Source: Octopus sinensis (lineage: Eukaryota). From it: a stretch of 33,715 nt of DNA. How positions within the stretch are numbered: position 1 is the stretch's first letter; every line of letters begins with the position of its first letter. The notes beneath the pieces are model-generated. The model was not told where the DNA came from, searched no databases, and worked only from the letters and a program-made list of their open reading frames with translations. The stretch lies in contig NW_021831916.1 in NCBI RefSeq assembly GCF_006345805.1, forward strand, positions 1 through 33,715. The letters run 5' to 3'. Both the position numbers and the translations under genes were made by a program. Shown here piece after piece: positions 1-11,845 of this stretch.

Positions 1-50
1 ATCCACATGAAACATTTAGCAGTATATACTGCGTCAATATATATCAAAAC

Positions 51-693
51 CTTGCCTTTCATCCTTCGGGGGGTTCGATGAATTAAAGTACCAGTGCTAC
101 ACTGGGGTCGATGTAATGGACTTGCCCCATTAATAGGAACAGTCATGATGATTCTGTTTGCAATAGGCACAAGGCCTGAAATCTTGGAGGATAGGAGGAT
201 GGAGGCTAGACGATTGCATCGACCCCAGTATATGACCTGTTACTTTATGAAAGGCAAGTCAGCCACGCGGATTTGAACTTAGAACGTGAAGACGGACGAA
301 ATGAAACTAAGCAATTTTTTGTACGGAGTGTTGACGTTCTGAGTTCAAATTTCGCCAAGGTCGACTTTGCTTTCATCCTTTCGGGCGTAGATAAAATAAA
401 AAAAACAGTCATGTACTGGGGTCAATGCAATCGACTAGCCTCCATCCATCCACCTAAACCTGCCAGCCTTGTCAACAATAGTCCTCTCTACCATAAGCAC
501 AAAGCCTGAATTTCGGGGAGGGGGTAGGTCGGTTATATCGACCCCAGTGTCTCACTGGTACTTATTTCATCGACACCCGAAAGGTTAAAAGGCAAAGTCG
601 ACCCCGACGGTATTTGAACTCAGAACGTGTGAAGACGGACGAAATGAAGCAAAGCAATTTTGTCCGGAGCGTTGGCGATTCTGCCTGCTTCGC
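51..693. mobile_element. Cluster of four alternating fragments (+ 51-128, - 163-335, + 337-472, - 494-693) of a tRNA-derived SINE family (family B)
   Basis: Recurrent motif GTTCTGAGTTCAAAT..CG..GAGGTCGACTTTGCCTTTCATCCTTTCGGGGTCGATAAAATAAGTACCAG, with B-box-like GAGTTCAAAT, seen on both strands and at many other positions in the window. Confidence 0.85.
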
Positions 694-854
694 TGCTCTG
701 AAATGATATTGGAATTACTGGGATAAAAGAAAGAAAAAGAAAAAGAAAACAAGTTAAAATTGCCATTTAAGTTGGAATGTGGCCATAAAATAATTAATGT
801 AACCTTGAAATTTCCCATAAAGACACGAGGAAGTGTGGGTGATGGTTTCTCATG

Positions 855-1500
855 GTAGTGGTGGTGGTGGTGGTGGTGGAGTTAATGACGGCGAGGCGGT
901 GTTGGTGGTTGTGGTGGTACTGATACTTGTAGCGTGGTAATGGTGGTGAGTGGTGGTGGTGGTGGTAATTGGTGGATGTGGGGTGGTTAATGGTGGTGGT
1001 GGTGATGGTGGTGGTGGTGGTGGTGTGGTGGTGGTGGTGGTGTGGTTGATGGTGGGTGAATGGTAGTGGTGGTAATGGTGGTGGTGGGTGATGGTGGTGG
1101 TAATGGTGGGGTGGTGGTGGTAATGGTGGGATTGGTGTTGTGGTCGTGGTGGTTGGTGGTGGTGGGGGGTGTGGTGGGGGATGATGGGGTAGGGTGGGGG
1201 GTGGTGATGGTGGGGGTGGGGGGTTATGATGGGGGGGGGGTGGTGGTGTGATGGTGGAATGGGTAATGGTGGTGGTGGTGATGGCAGTGATGGTGGTGAT
1301 AGTGGTGGTTGTGGTGGTGGTATTGGAGGGCAGTGATGATAGTGGTGAGGGTAGTGAAGGTGGTGGTGATGACAGTGATGGTGGTCGTGGTGGTGGTGGT
1401 AGTAGTGGTGGAAATGGTGGTGATGGTGGTGAAGGTCGTGGTGGAGGTGATGGTGGTGGTGGTGTTAATGGTGTTGTTCTGGTTGTTGTTGTTGTTGTTA
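855..1500. repeat. Degenerate (GGT)n low-complexity tract
   Basis: GGT/GAT triplet runs; source of the poly-Val/poly-Gly ORFs. Confidence 0.95.
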
Positions 1501-1607
1501 ATAGATTACTTCACCTTGTCCCTCGATCACTTCAGGCAATCTATTCCAAGTCGACAAAATTGAAAATTTTCACACAATTTCTTTTGCCCTTCAACATCAG
1601 CGAATCT

Positions 1608-1722
1608 CTCCCTCCTTCCCATCTTTCCTTCTTCCCACCCTCCATTCCTTCCTTCCTCCCACCCTCCCTTCCTTCCTTCCTTTCTTTCTTTCTTTCTTTG
1701 TTTCTTTCTTCTTTCCTTCCAT

Positions 1723-1754
<32 letters not shown>

Positions 1755-1813
1755 TCCTTATGTATTCCGTCCACGTTCCTTCCGTCCTTCCTTCCTTCCT
1801 GGACTTCAGTTCT

Positions 1814-1854
<41 letters not shown>

Positions 1855-2190
1855 TTTCCTTCCATTCTTTCTTTCTTTCTTTCTTTCTTCTTCATTTCTT
1901 TCTTTCCTTATTTCTTCCTTCCTTTCTTCCTTCCTTCCTGTATTATTTCTCTATTACTTTGTTTTCATCCTCTCCTTTCTTTTCTCCTTCCTTCCTTTCT
2001 TCCTCCCCTCCTTCTTTCCTTCCTCTATTCTCTCTCTATTTCTCTCTTGTTTTTTTTTCTTTCTTCAATCTTTCCTTTCCTTCATTTAATCTTTCTTTCC
2101 TATTTTGTCTTTCTTTTTTCTTTCTTTTTCATTCATTCTCTTTTTCTATTTCTTACGTCTTTCTTATTTTCTTTCTTTCTTTCTTTCCAC
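1608..2190. repeat. (CTTT/CTTC)n homopyrimidine tract
   Basis: About 580 bp made almost entirely of C/T on the + strand. Confidence 0.95.
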
Positions 2191-2335
2191 CGAGGTCGAC
2201 TTTGCCTTTCTTCCTTTCAGGGGCGATAAAATAGATACCAGTTGAATACTGGGGTCGATGTAACTGTCCAGCCTCCCGTCCCCAAACTTCGGGTCTTACA
2301 TCTATAATAGAAAGAAAGAATTATCATTATCATCT
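2187..2335 (+). mobile_element. SINE family B, 5'-truncated copy
   Basis: CCGAGGTCGACTTTGCCTTTCTTCCTTTCAGGGGCGATAAAATAGATACCAG...ACTGGGGTCGATGTAA, followed by the tail and ATT/ATC repeats. Confidence 0.8.
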
Positions 2336-2555
2336 TAAGGTGACGAGTCGCTGGAGCGTCGAACAAAAGTTCAAATCCCGACGAGGTCAGCTTGACCGGA
2401 CGCTTCATCGACCCCAGTCTTTCGGTGGTATTTTATTTTGCCCAACCTTCAGAAATATGAAAGAGAAAGTCAATCACGCTATGTCCTTCCTGTTTTTAAG
2501 GAGAGAAAAGTGTGAGCGGGAAGGGATTTCGCTAATATTTCTACCAGGTCACGGT

Positions 2556-3085
2556 CGTGGTGGTGGTGGTGGTGGTGGTGGTGGTGGTGGTGGTGGTGGT
2601 GTGGTGGATGGTGGTGATGATGGTGGTGGTGGTGGTGGTGGTGTTAGTTGTGGTGATGATAATGGTAGATGTTGCGGTGGTAGTGGTAGTGTTGTTGTTG
2701 TTGCTGTTGGTGATGGATGGTGGTGATGATGATGATAATGATGGTGGTGGTTGTGGTGTTGGTGATTGTGGTGGTGGCGGCGGTGGTAGCGGTGGATAGT
2801 GGTGATGATGATGATAGCGATGGCGGTGGTTATGGGGTTGGTGTTAGTGATAGTGGGGTGTGGTGATTGTGGTGTTGGTGGTAGCGATGGTAGCGGTGGT
2901 GACACTAGTTGTAGATGGTGGTAGATGGTGGTGGTAATGATGATGATAACAGCGGTAAAACGAGCGGTGGTGGTGGTGGTGGTGGTGGTGACACTGGCTG
3001 TGATGATGATGATGCTGGTAGCCATGGTAGCAGTGGTAGTAGTAATGGAGATTATAGTAGAGGTGGTGCTGGTTGTGGTGGGGGT
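2556..3085. repeat. Degenerate (GGT/GAT)n tract
   Basis: Triplet repeats visible directly. Confidence 0.95.
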
Positions 3086-3226
3086 GTTGGTGACATAAGC
3101 AACACGAATTATATGAAGGCCTCTTCACCTAATTAAGCAATTACATCATCATCTGATTAGCTAGATACTGACATTAGATATCATTAACATAAACTACTAC
3201 TGCTGCGGCCGCTGCTGCTGCTGCTA

Positions 3227-3620
3227 CTGGCAGAACCGTTAGCACGCCGGACGAAATGCGTAGCCGTATTTCGTTTGCCGTTACGTTCTGAGTTCAAATT
3301 CCGCCGAGGCCGACTTTGCCTTTCATCCTTTCGGGGTCGATTAAATAAGTACCAGTTATGCACTGGGGTCGATATAATCGACTTAATCCGTTTGTCTGTC
3401 CTTGTTTGTCCTCTCTGTGTTTAGCCCCTAGTGGGTAGTAAAGAAATAGGTATTTCGTCTGCCGTTACGTTCTGAGTTCAAATTCCGCCGAGGTCGACTT
3501 TGCCTTTCATCTTTCCGGGGTCGATTAAATAAGTACCAGTTACGCACTGGGGTCGATATAATCGACTTATCCCGTTTGTCTGTCCTTGTTTGTCCTCTCT
3601 GTGTTTAGCCCCGCGTGGGC
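3227..3620 (+). mobile_element. SINE family B, tandem dimer (184-bp period)
   Basis: Head CTGGCAGAACCGTTAGCACGCCGG, then GTTCTGAGTTCAAATTCCGCCGAGG at 3285 and again at 3469, with near-identical downstream sequence. Confidence 0.9.
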
Positions 3621-3674
3621 GGCCGGGTGTCAGCCATTATCCCTGAATCATTCTCTACCCTTCAGCGTGTCGAC

Positions 3675-4145
3675 ATACTAACCATTGAAGAACGTCCATT
3701 TTTAGTTGAATGGGTTGTTTCGAGCTGGAACCAATTACACAGATACTGTGAAACATAAATTCAGTGAAACTCTTCCAAACACTGTTTGTTCCACATCGTG
3801 ACACTGTGCAGGGATTTGATAAGAAAATTTAGAAACACAGGAGGCTCAGTGGAAGACGCAGCAAGAAGCGGTAGGCCTACTTTTCTTTCAGACAAAACCA
3901 CTCTCCAATATTTCTGAAAAACTGTTGGCAAAACCTTGAAAGTCCTTACGTAAATTGTCACCGGAAACGGAAATCAGCCTAGGAAGTGCTCACACGGCAG
4001 TAAAGAAGAAATTAAATTTTATGTATTGAAAATGAAGGACGACACTTTCAACGCTTATGTAAAGTCTAATATTCTTTTGTAGTTTTATACCATCTAGAAA
4101 ATTATTGTGGCAATAAAATACTGTGAGAGACTTTTTGAACACTCT

Positions 4146-4146
<1 letters not shown>
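3675..4146 (+). mobile_element. Tc1/mariner transposase relic: N-terminal HTH region (DUF4817/rosa-like) plus putative 3' TIR, internally deleted
   Basis: Frameshifted translation (I)LTIEER.FLVEWV..AGTNYTDTVK..FSETLPNTV..HRDTV..LIRKFRNTGGSVEDAARSGRPT...KSLRKLSPETEISLGSAHTAVKKKL; ends GAGACTTTTTGAACACTCTG before (TA)n. No catalytic domain is present. Confidence 0.7.
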
Positions 4147-4212
<66 letters not shown>

Positions 4213-4697
4213 GTATGTAGTATGTGTTTGTGTATATATATATACGCACAAACACACGGTCTGTTAAAACCATTATCGTGGTTGCTAAGGATTTGAGACA
4301 GTTTCCATGGTAACCATTTCTAATTAGTTTGTAAGTGTTGCTCACCTCTCCCCCTCCACCATCGACATGACGACGACGACCACCACCACCACCACCACTT
4401 CCCCCTCCACCAATACCATAACAACACACAGCAACAACATAACCTACACGCACAATTTGGGTATACCACCTGCATGCGTGTGTGTGTGTGTGTGTGTGTG
4501 GTGTGTGGTGTGTGTGTGTGTGCGTGTGTGCGCGCGGAGGGATGAGGCGTGTAAATGCGCATGAGTAACCATACTTTTAGTTCACACATGCACATGTACA
4601 CACACACATATAAAAATTTGCGTGTGTATGTGTTTGTGCGTATATATATATATATATAATATGTACACACATATATATATATATAACATACATATAA

Positions 4698-4781
4698 ACT
4701 TTATTTAAAAGCATATTGCTCTACCACTGGTATTTGAGTATCTTTTTTTCCACCTTGTATCACATTTATGTGTTTACTCCG

Positions 4782-4784
<3 letters not shown>
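4698..4784 (+). mobile_element. Short interspersed repeat (family F, probably PLE-derived)
   Basis: AAAGCATATT.CTCT....GGTATTTGAGTA.TCTTTTTTCCACCTTGT.TCACATTTATGTGTTTACTCCGGTA, shared with 6581-6700; both copies end in (TA)n. Confidence 0.75.
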
Positions 4785-4855
<71 letters not shown>

Positions 4856-4894
4856 TTATACCTATACATATATAATATATATACATATGCATAG

Positions 4895-5136
4895 AAGTTT
4901 CTACGCGAAATACTTACAACGTGAAAACGTTGCTGGAAGCGACCAAAGACCATTTTATGATGGTCGTTGAATTTGAAAGATTGGATGAAAATTACTTGGA
5001 ATTTAAGCAAAGTCGATCATTTCGAAATAGAAAATTGTCTCCACATGAATTCACTAACAACAGGACTCAGATTAACGGCTTAATCCTCGAGATGAGATCA
5101 GAGTGTTGGCACTCTAGATACATTTTCAAAAACTAA
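4895..5136 (+). pseudogene. Possible ancient LINE APE-endonuclease N-terminal relic
   Basis: VSTRNTYNVKTLL...VEFERL..(shift)LLGI*ESR resembles the APE motifs TxNVRTL and LGIQExR. Weak, judged by eye. Confidence 0.3.
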
Positions 5137-5183
5137 GCTGTCACCACACCTAAAGGAAATTTGATAACTTTTGGGATTATATA

Positions 5184-5222
<39 letters not shown>

Positions 5223-5251
5223 ATATTAATAAAAAATATATATATATATAT

Positions 5252-5308
<57 letters not shown>

Positions 5309-6315
5309 ATATTATATATATATGAAACTGGGGAATATTCTAGTTACAAGAGCTGCGTGACTTCCGACAAGGAAGCCATCGTCATGACAAGCCTTGCATT
5401 GTGATATGACATGACACTCTGGTAATCTACACCACCCTGGGCCGATTTGTTTGTTTTGTGTTTTGTATAGAAATTTAAACAATCATAATGTCGGAGCCAC
5501 CACGTGTGTACTCAGCCTGCTAGATATAGCAACCAAATCTTCCTCGAATCACACCTTATTGCCTTAGGAGGCAATGGGGTTGACTTGAGACCAGACAACA
5601 TCTACAACAACAACCACATCAATAACAACAACAACGATAGTAAGAACAACAACAACAACAACTACCGGTGCCATCACTGCCACCACCGCCTCCTCCGCCG
5701 CCGTCACCGCCTCGACCGCCGCCGCCGCCACCGCCGCTACTTCTGCCATCTCCATCCACTGCAACAACCAACACAGGGATAAATTTCCAAACACTAACAC
5801 TTCTATCGCCACTCTCATTACCATTCCGTGAATTGCCCACCACTACCACCACTACCACCGGCACCACCACCACCACCACTGCCGCCGCCACCGCCATCGT
5901 CAAATATCACCAACTCCACCAGGTACCCACACCCTATCCGTAACTAATAAAAAAAAAATCTCCTAATAGATATAAAAAAAAATCTCCTAATAGTTTTGCA
6001 CCAGTAGTAGGTTGTACAGATATATATCTACCAAGTCTTCGAGACCATTTCCTATCTACGTAGATTGTCTACTTAGGGATATATGGATAGATCAACGTAG
6101 ATTAAGCTACTTGAAGAGATAAAGATAGGTATACCAACCAACTACCATTTGAAACCTGACCGTCTGAGAACGCCTTTAACTCTAAGGTACAAACATCCGG
6201 TTTTGAAGTGATCAAAATTAAAAACTTCCTTGGCATGTTAATTTATGCTCGAAAAATGCTACCAGTTGATAAGCACACGGCTATTTTACTGAATTCTTCA
6301 CTATTTTCTAAATTA

Positions 6316-6430
6316 AGTGGCTGTGTGGTAAGTAGCTTGCTTACGAACCACATGGTTCCGGACTCAGTCCCACTGCGTGGCACCTTGAGCCAATGTCTTC
6401 TACTATAGCCTCGGGCCAACCAAAGCTTTG
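6316..6430 (+). mobile_element. SINE family A, 5' fragment
   Basis: GTGGCTGTGTGGTAAGTAGCTTGCTTACGAACCACATGGTTCCGGACTCAGTCCCACTGCGTGGCACCTTG matches the full copies at 20485 and 29067. Confidence 0.85.
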
Positions 6431-6533
6431 AATCAAAACGGTTTGATTCAAGTGCGTTGGTACTCGTGAGTTTCAAGCGTGATGCTTGTCGTCAGTCATT
6501 TTCAATTTGAATCAATCCGTTTGGATCCATATA

Positions 6534-6580
<47 letters not shown>

Positions 6581-6582
<2 letters not shown>

Positions 6583-6696
6583 TTTATTTAAAGCAGCAGA
6601 AAATTCAACAAAAATTCTGCTGCTTTAAATAAAGCATATTACTCTGGTATTTGAGTACTCTTTTTCCACCTTGTTTCACATTTATGTGTTTACTCC

Positions 6697-6700
<4 letters not shown>
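6581..6700 (+). mobile_element. Family F repeat with perfect 20-bp hairpin
   Basis: CTTTATTTAAAGCAGCAGAA (6582-6601) is the exact reverse complement of 6615-6634; the remainder matches 4710-4784. Confidence 0.8.
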
Positions 6701-6772
<72 letters not shown>

Positions 6773-7104
6773 TATATACTATTATTAATTATTGTAATTA
6801 TTATTATTATTATATTCATATTATATATCTATATATATATAATATACAAATTAAGATAGGGGTTGTAAATGCAACCCTCCCAGCAAGGCCGCAATAAAAT
6901 GGCAGAAACAAGTAAGTGGAATGGATTGACGTCAGTATTTATTTTGAAAATTCATTCAGCCTTTTTTTTAATTTCTTTGCTGCACTGTTATTTGACGGGG
7001 CCGTAAACAAACCAACATCAGTTGTGAAACGTTATTTTGGAGACAAACACAGAGACAATGATATACTTATGAACATACTTACATTCATATATATGTATTT
7101 ATGT

Positions 7105-7201
<97 letters not shown>

Positions 7202-7277
7202 GTTGGGTTTTGACTTATTTCCCGCCTATCAAATTCAGGGTATTGGTCCGCTCGGAATTAGAGTAGAAGACATTTGC

Positions 7278-7302
7278 TAGATAGATAGATAGACAGACAG
7301 AC

Positions 7303-7361
<59 letters not shown>

Positions 7362-7377
7362 GATAGAGAGAGAGAGA

Positions 7378-7421
<44 letters not shown>

Positions 7422-7435
7422 GAAAGATAGATAGA
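7278..7435. repeat. (GATA)n/(GA)n microsatellite
   Basis: Direct observation. Confidence 0.95.
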
Positions 7436-8010
7436 TAAATAATTAGATTATCTACTTACATGTGTGTGTCTGTGTGTTACTCGTTTGCCTGAAAAATGAG
7501 ATATGGTGGCTATAATATTAGATGTTTTATACATACATATATATGTGTGTTTGTGTGTGTCTTTACATATATGTGTATATACATATACATAATAACCTAC
7601 ACACGCGCACACATACTCATATGTATATATGTATGTATATTATCTAATTAAGTATATATATAGATAGCTATTTCAATATATTTTCATATCTTATCAGGGT
7701 AGATCCCAAACTGTTTTTAGGTCAATTTCTTACAGTCAATACGCTTCTCCCAACACGCCTACCTCCATTGCTGCCACTACAAAATACTTTTCGCTTCCAG
7801 TTCCCTGTTTTTTCTCACCCCTTTATTCTAACCCTCAAAAGAAACCTTCACAACCCACTTTTTCCTCCCCCACCATCCAACACTCTCTTTATATATGTGT
7901 AAAAGAGCACATATGAGATGGTTTTACAAAGTTTCCCGCCCGGGCCTCACAAAAGTACACCAGTACTCTAGTAAATATTTGTATGTATGTGTTTATATAT
8001 ATATATATAT

Positions 8011-8525
8011 ACTAGCAGTATTGCCCGGCGTTGCTCGGGTTTGTAAGGGAAATAACTATATAAACATTTTTAGAGAGTTACTTCCCTTATAGATGCCAAT
8101 TCGGACTTTCTTAGCCATTTCTGTTTTGGTGTCTTCAAGCCATGAAGTCGTTGTTCTAAAAGAACGTTGGTCTCCTTGACAACGCTTTACGACGTTGATT
8201 TCCTTACACTCCCTTCCCCACAGCTTCACGAGGGAGGGAAGAAGGGGGAGAAGCAAACAGGTGCAGGTGTGACCATGGACGCCAACTCCGCCGCCATCGA
8301 CACACGAAAAATTATGCATTAAAATGGAATAAAAAATGATGTTAAATTATTTTAAAAATCGTAGACTCATCGTAGACGCGCGCTAATATTCAGACGGGCT
8401 CGATATGCATCACGACTATAAGATACCCGAATTTGGTTAAACTGCACCGCAAAATGTGGGAGTAGTTAGGAATCTAAATCGAAGGGGACAGACACTCACA
8501 CAACTACAGTTTTATATATATAGAT
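8011..8525 (+). mobile_element. Non-autonomous Helentron/Helitron-type (HINE/DINE-1-like) element, copy 1
   Basis: Starts ACTAGCAGTATTGCCCGGCGTTGCTCGGG, ends GACAGACAC..TTTTATATATATAGAT, inserted in (TA)n; homologous to 13206-13610. Confidence 0.7.
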
Positions 8526-8530
8526 ATATA

Positions 8531-8760
8531 GTTAATCCAAACAAGAAAACACAGAAAAAAAGAGAAAAAAAAAACACAGCAACGCGAGGACGTGGAACAA
8601 TTATAGTATTATTGGACGCTCAGGAAAGAAGGAAAGAAGGAAGGTTTAACGTTTCGAGCGGAGCTCTTCGTCGGAAACATAGGAGAAGGAAAGATCCAAA
8701 GAAGGGAAGACAGAGGGAAAAAATGGCCAACAGTACACACGCGCTCACATTTTGAATAAT
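8531..8760 (-). mobile_element. Short non-coding hammerhead-containing element (PLE-derived / retrozyme-like)
   Basis: About 230 bp between TA-rich flanks, no credible ORF, carries the hammerhead at 8644-8678. Confidence 0.6.
8644..8678 (-). ncRNA. Minimal type-I hammerhead ribozyme motif (HHR1)
   Basis: Minus strand GTTT CCGACGA A GAGC TCC GCTC GAAAC GT T AAAC: stem I GUUU/AAAC, stem II GAGC/GCUC, palindromic stem III AACGUU, GUU triplet. The core has U4C and an extra A after A9. Confidence 0.75.
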
Positions 8761-9186
8761 ATATATATGTATATATAGAGAGAGACATATATATATATAG
8801 ACACACACATATATATATATATACACACCTGCAGACACACACATGGATTCACGCATACCACACACATACAAATATATGATACACACACGCGTATATTTTT
8901 ACATATCACCTGCCAGTAAAGTGTTTCTGGTGTCAATTGTTCTATGCAATAGTGTTACATCGCTAATCTTGGGTTCGTATTTAAGCAATGCGTTCGTGTA
9001 TGGTTGACGGGGTTGATGGAATGCTGATGAAAGAACAATAACTGCTCAGATATGCATATCCACCCGTCACCTAGTTTTCTTTTTCTGTATCTTCGATTGC
9101 ATTGTTTAGATAAAAGGCATTCGTATACGAAACATCGCAACTCACAGGGTGACTCTGAATTCTATAGATAATCTGAAGAGAGAAAT

Positions 9187-9233
<47 letters not shown>

Positions 9234-9240
9234 GCACACA

Positions 9241-9388
9241 TACGACGGGCTTCTTTCAGTTACCGTCAACCAAATCTACTCACAAGGCTTTGGTCGGCCC
9301 GAGGCTATAGTAGAAGACACTTGCCCAAGGTGCCCCCCCCCACGCAGTGGAGTGAATCCAGAACCACAAGTGGTAAGCAAGCTACTTA
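9241..9388 (-). mobile_element. SINE family A, 5' half
   Basis: Reverse complement of the family A head/core (CTTGGGCAAGTGTCTTCTACTATAGCCTCGGGCCGACCAAAGCCTTGTGAG). Confidence 0.9.
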
Positions 9389-9444
9389 TACATTATATAC
9401 AATAAATGTATATATGCATGTATATCCATACCTGTATTATCTTC

Positions 9445-9480
<36 letters not shown>

Positions 9481-9494
9481 CTATATTATATTTC

Positions 9495-9556
<62 letters not shown>

Positions 9557-9570
9557 ATATATATATATAT

Positions 9571-9690
9571 GGCCTGCTCGCTTAGCCAGCGGGGTGGGCT
9601 TCATTCGCAGGCTAAAACAATGCGAACGCATTGTGACCAGCGATGTGTAGCAACATCTGATGGTCTGGTCGGTCACATGATCACGTGATA
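9571..9690. repeat. Short structured GC-richer island between (TA)n tracts, probable interspersed repeat fragment
   Basis: Hairpins AATGCG-AA-CGCATT and GTGACC...GGTCAC; single copy in this window. Confidence 0.4.
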
Positions 9691-9691
9691 T

Positions 9692-9723
<32 letters not shown>

Positions 9724-10082
9724 GGGAAAAAAGGCAAGGTAGAAAATGCTAAAATAATTTTTCAAAAAACATTTCAGTACCGGTTTCCGTCATTGAAACT
9801 TCTTCAACTGGAAAACAAGACTTTTAAAAGAATATTTGCATATCATTCGAATAGAATGGACATTTTCCTTGTTTCTAGCTGTCTCTGTCTCTCAACCCAC
9901 AAGAGTAAACAAGAGAGACAGAGAAATTCTCTAAGGAATAAGAACCCAGGTTCGAAATTTCCCCTAGAAACGTTGTGTTAACAACAAAAAAATGAGGACA
10001 AATAACCGCCGAATGTAAATAATGTAAATAATGTAAATAATATTCTTAATATAGAACGATTCCTCATCTATATATATATATA

Positions 10083-10138
<56 letters not shown>

Positions 10139-10179
10139 TTAATCACATATGTTTCGTATATTTCGTGTATGTATGTATT

Positions 10180-10339
10180 TGTTTGTCTGTGTTTGTCCCT
10201 CACCATCGCTTGATAACCGATGTTCGTGTATTTGAATCCCCGTAATAGCGGTTTGTAAAAGAGACCAACAGAATCGGAACTAGGTTTACAAAGAATAAGT
10301 CTTGGGGTCGATTTGTTCGACTAAAGGCTGCGCTCTAGC
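10180..10339 (+). mobile_element. SINE family A, diverged 3' half
   Basis: TGTTTGTCCCTCACCATCGCTTGATAACCGATG...GAATAAGTCTTGGGGTCGATTTGTTCGACTAAAGG. Confidence 0.8.
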
Positions 10340-10595
10340 CTACTCCCGCGATAGATGAAAATCCGCGAAGTAGAAACAGTACACTACTGTTTTTTTTTTA
10401 CATTATTTTTATAATTTGCATATATTTATTTTATTATGAATGCAAAACAACACTACGAAGGAATCGGCATAAACTTAAATAATAAACCGCGATAGATGAA
10501 CCACGATGCGTTAACCGCGATATATGAACCGCGATGTATGAACCGCGATAGGTAAACCGATGAGATGGCTCGCGATATAGCGAGGGATTACTGTA
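10340..10595 (+). mobile_element. 3' part of a Tigger/pogo-like MITE with subterminal tandem repeats
   Basis: Ends CGCGATATAGCGAGGGATTACTG|TA (10593, then TA); about six copies of AACCGCGATAGATG-like units at 10485-10565. The 5' end is missing and abuts a SINE. Confidence 0.65.
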
Positions 10596-10600
10596 TACAT

Positions 10601-10602
10601 GT

Positions 10603-10667
<65 letters not shown>

Positions 10668-10681
10668 CGTGTGTGTGTGTG

Positions 10682-10775
<94 letters not shown>
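10601..10775. repeat. (GT)n microsatellite
   Basis: Direct observation. Confidence 0.97.
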
Positions 10776-10779
<4 letters not shown>

Positions 10780-11339
10780 TGGCTCTACATATGAACGTAT
10801 GGCGCACTTTTGCATATTTTTTCTACGAATTTCACGGTGACGTTTTTATTGATGGTCTTGTTGTTGTTGTTGTTGTTGTTGCTGCTGTTGTTGCTGTCGT
10901 TTCGAGTGTTGTGCATGTCTATGCGCGCCCATTTACTCATTGAGGTTTGTGTATGTGAATGTATGCGTATAAGTGTGTATGTGTGTGTATTTGCATATTC
11001 GTGTATGGATGTATATATATGTCGGTGTGTGTGTCTGTCTGTGTGTGTGTGTGGTGTGTGTGTGTGTGTGTGTGTGTCTGTGTGTGTGTCGGTGTGTACC
11101 TGTGTCTATGTGTGTCTGTGTGTGTGTGTGTCCGCAGTCTTGACATTCGGTCATACCGTCATCTGTGGACCCATCCATCACAATTGGTAGCGAGGTGGTA
11201 GGAGGGAGTGGAGCATGAGCAGTGGTAGGAGGAGAATAAGAAGAAGGGTAACACGAAACGTAAATGTTGAAGGACAGGCAAGACAGCCAGACAGGCAGGC
11301 TGTAAACAGACAGACAGACAGACAAAGAGACATACTAAT

Positions 11340-11845
<506 letters not shown>

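Noticed and set aside
4918-5150. Minus-strand exon (TTTCCTTTAG acceptor, GTAAGT donor)
   Set aside because: All three frames hit stops within about 50 nt of the acceptor.
5948-5993. 24-bp tandem duplication of AAAAAAAAATCTCCTAATAG
   Set aside because: Ordinary local slippage duplication.
9035-9140. CTGATGA (about 9044) ... GAAAC (9129) as a hammerhead
   Set aside because: No stem II closing pairs, no NUH triplet, and the stem I complement lies on the wrong side of GAAAC.
9940-10040. GAAACGTTGTG half-hammerhead in a probable PLE-derived repeat
   Set aside because: No CUGANGA or stem II upstream in this copy, so it cannot be called a ribozyme.
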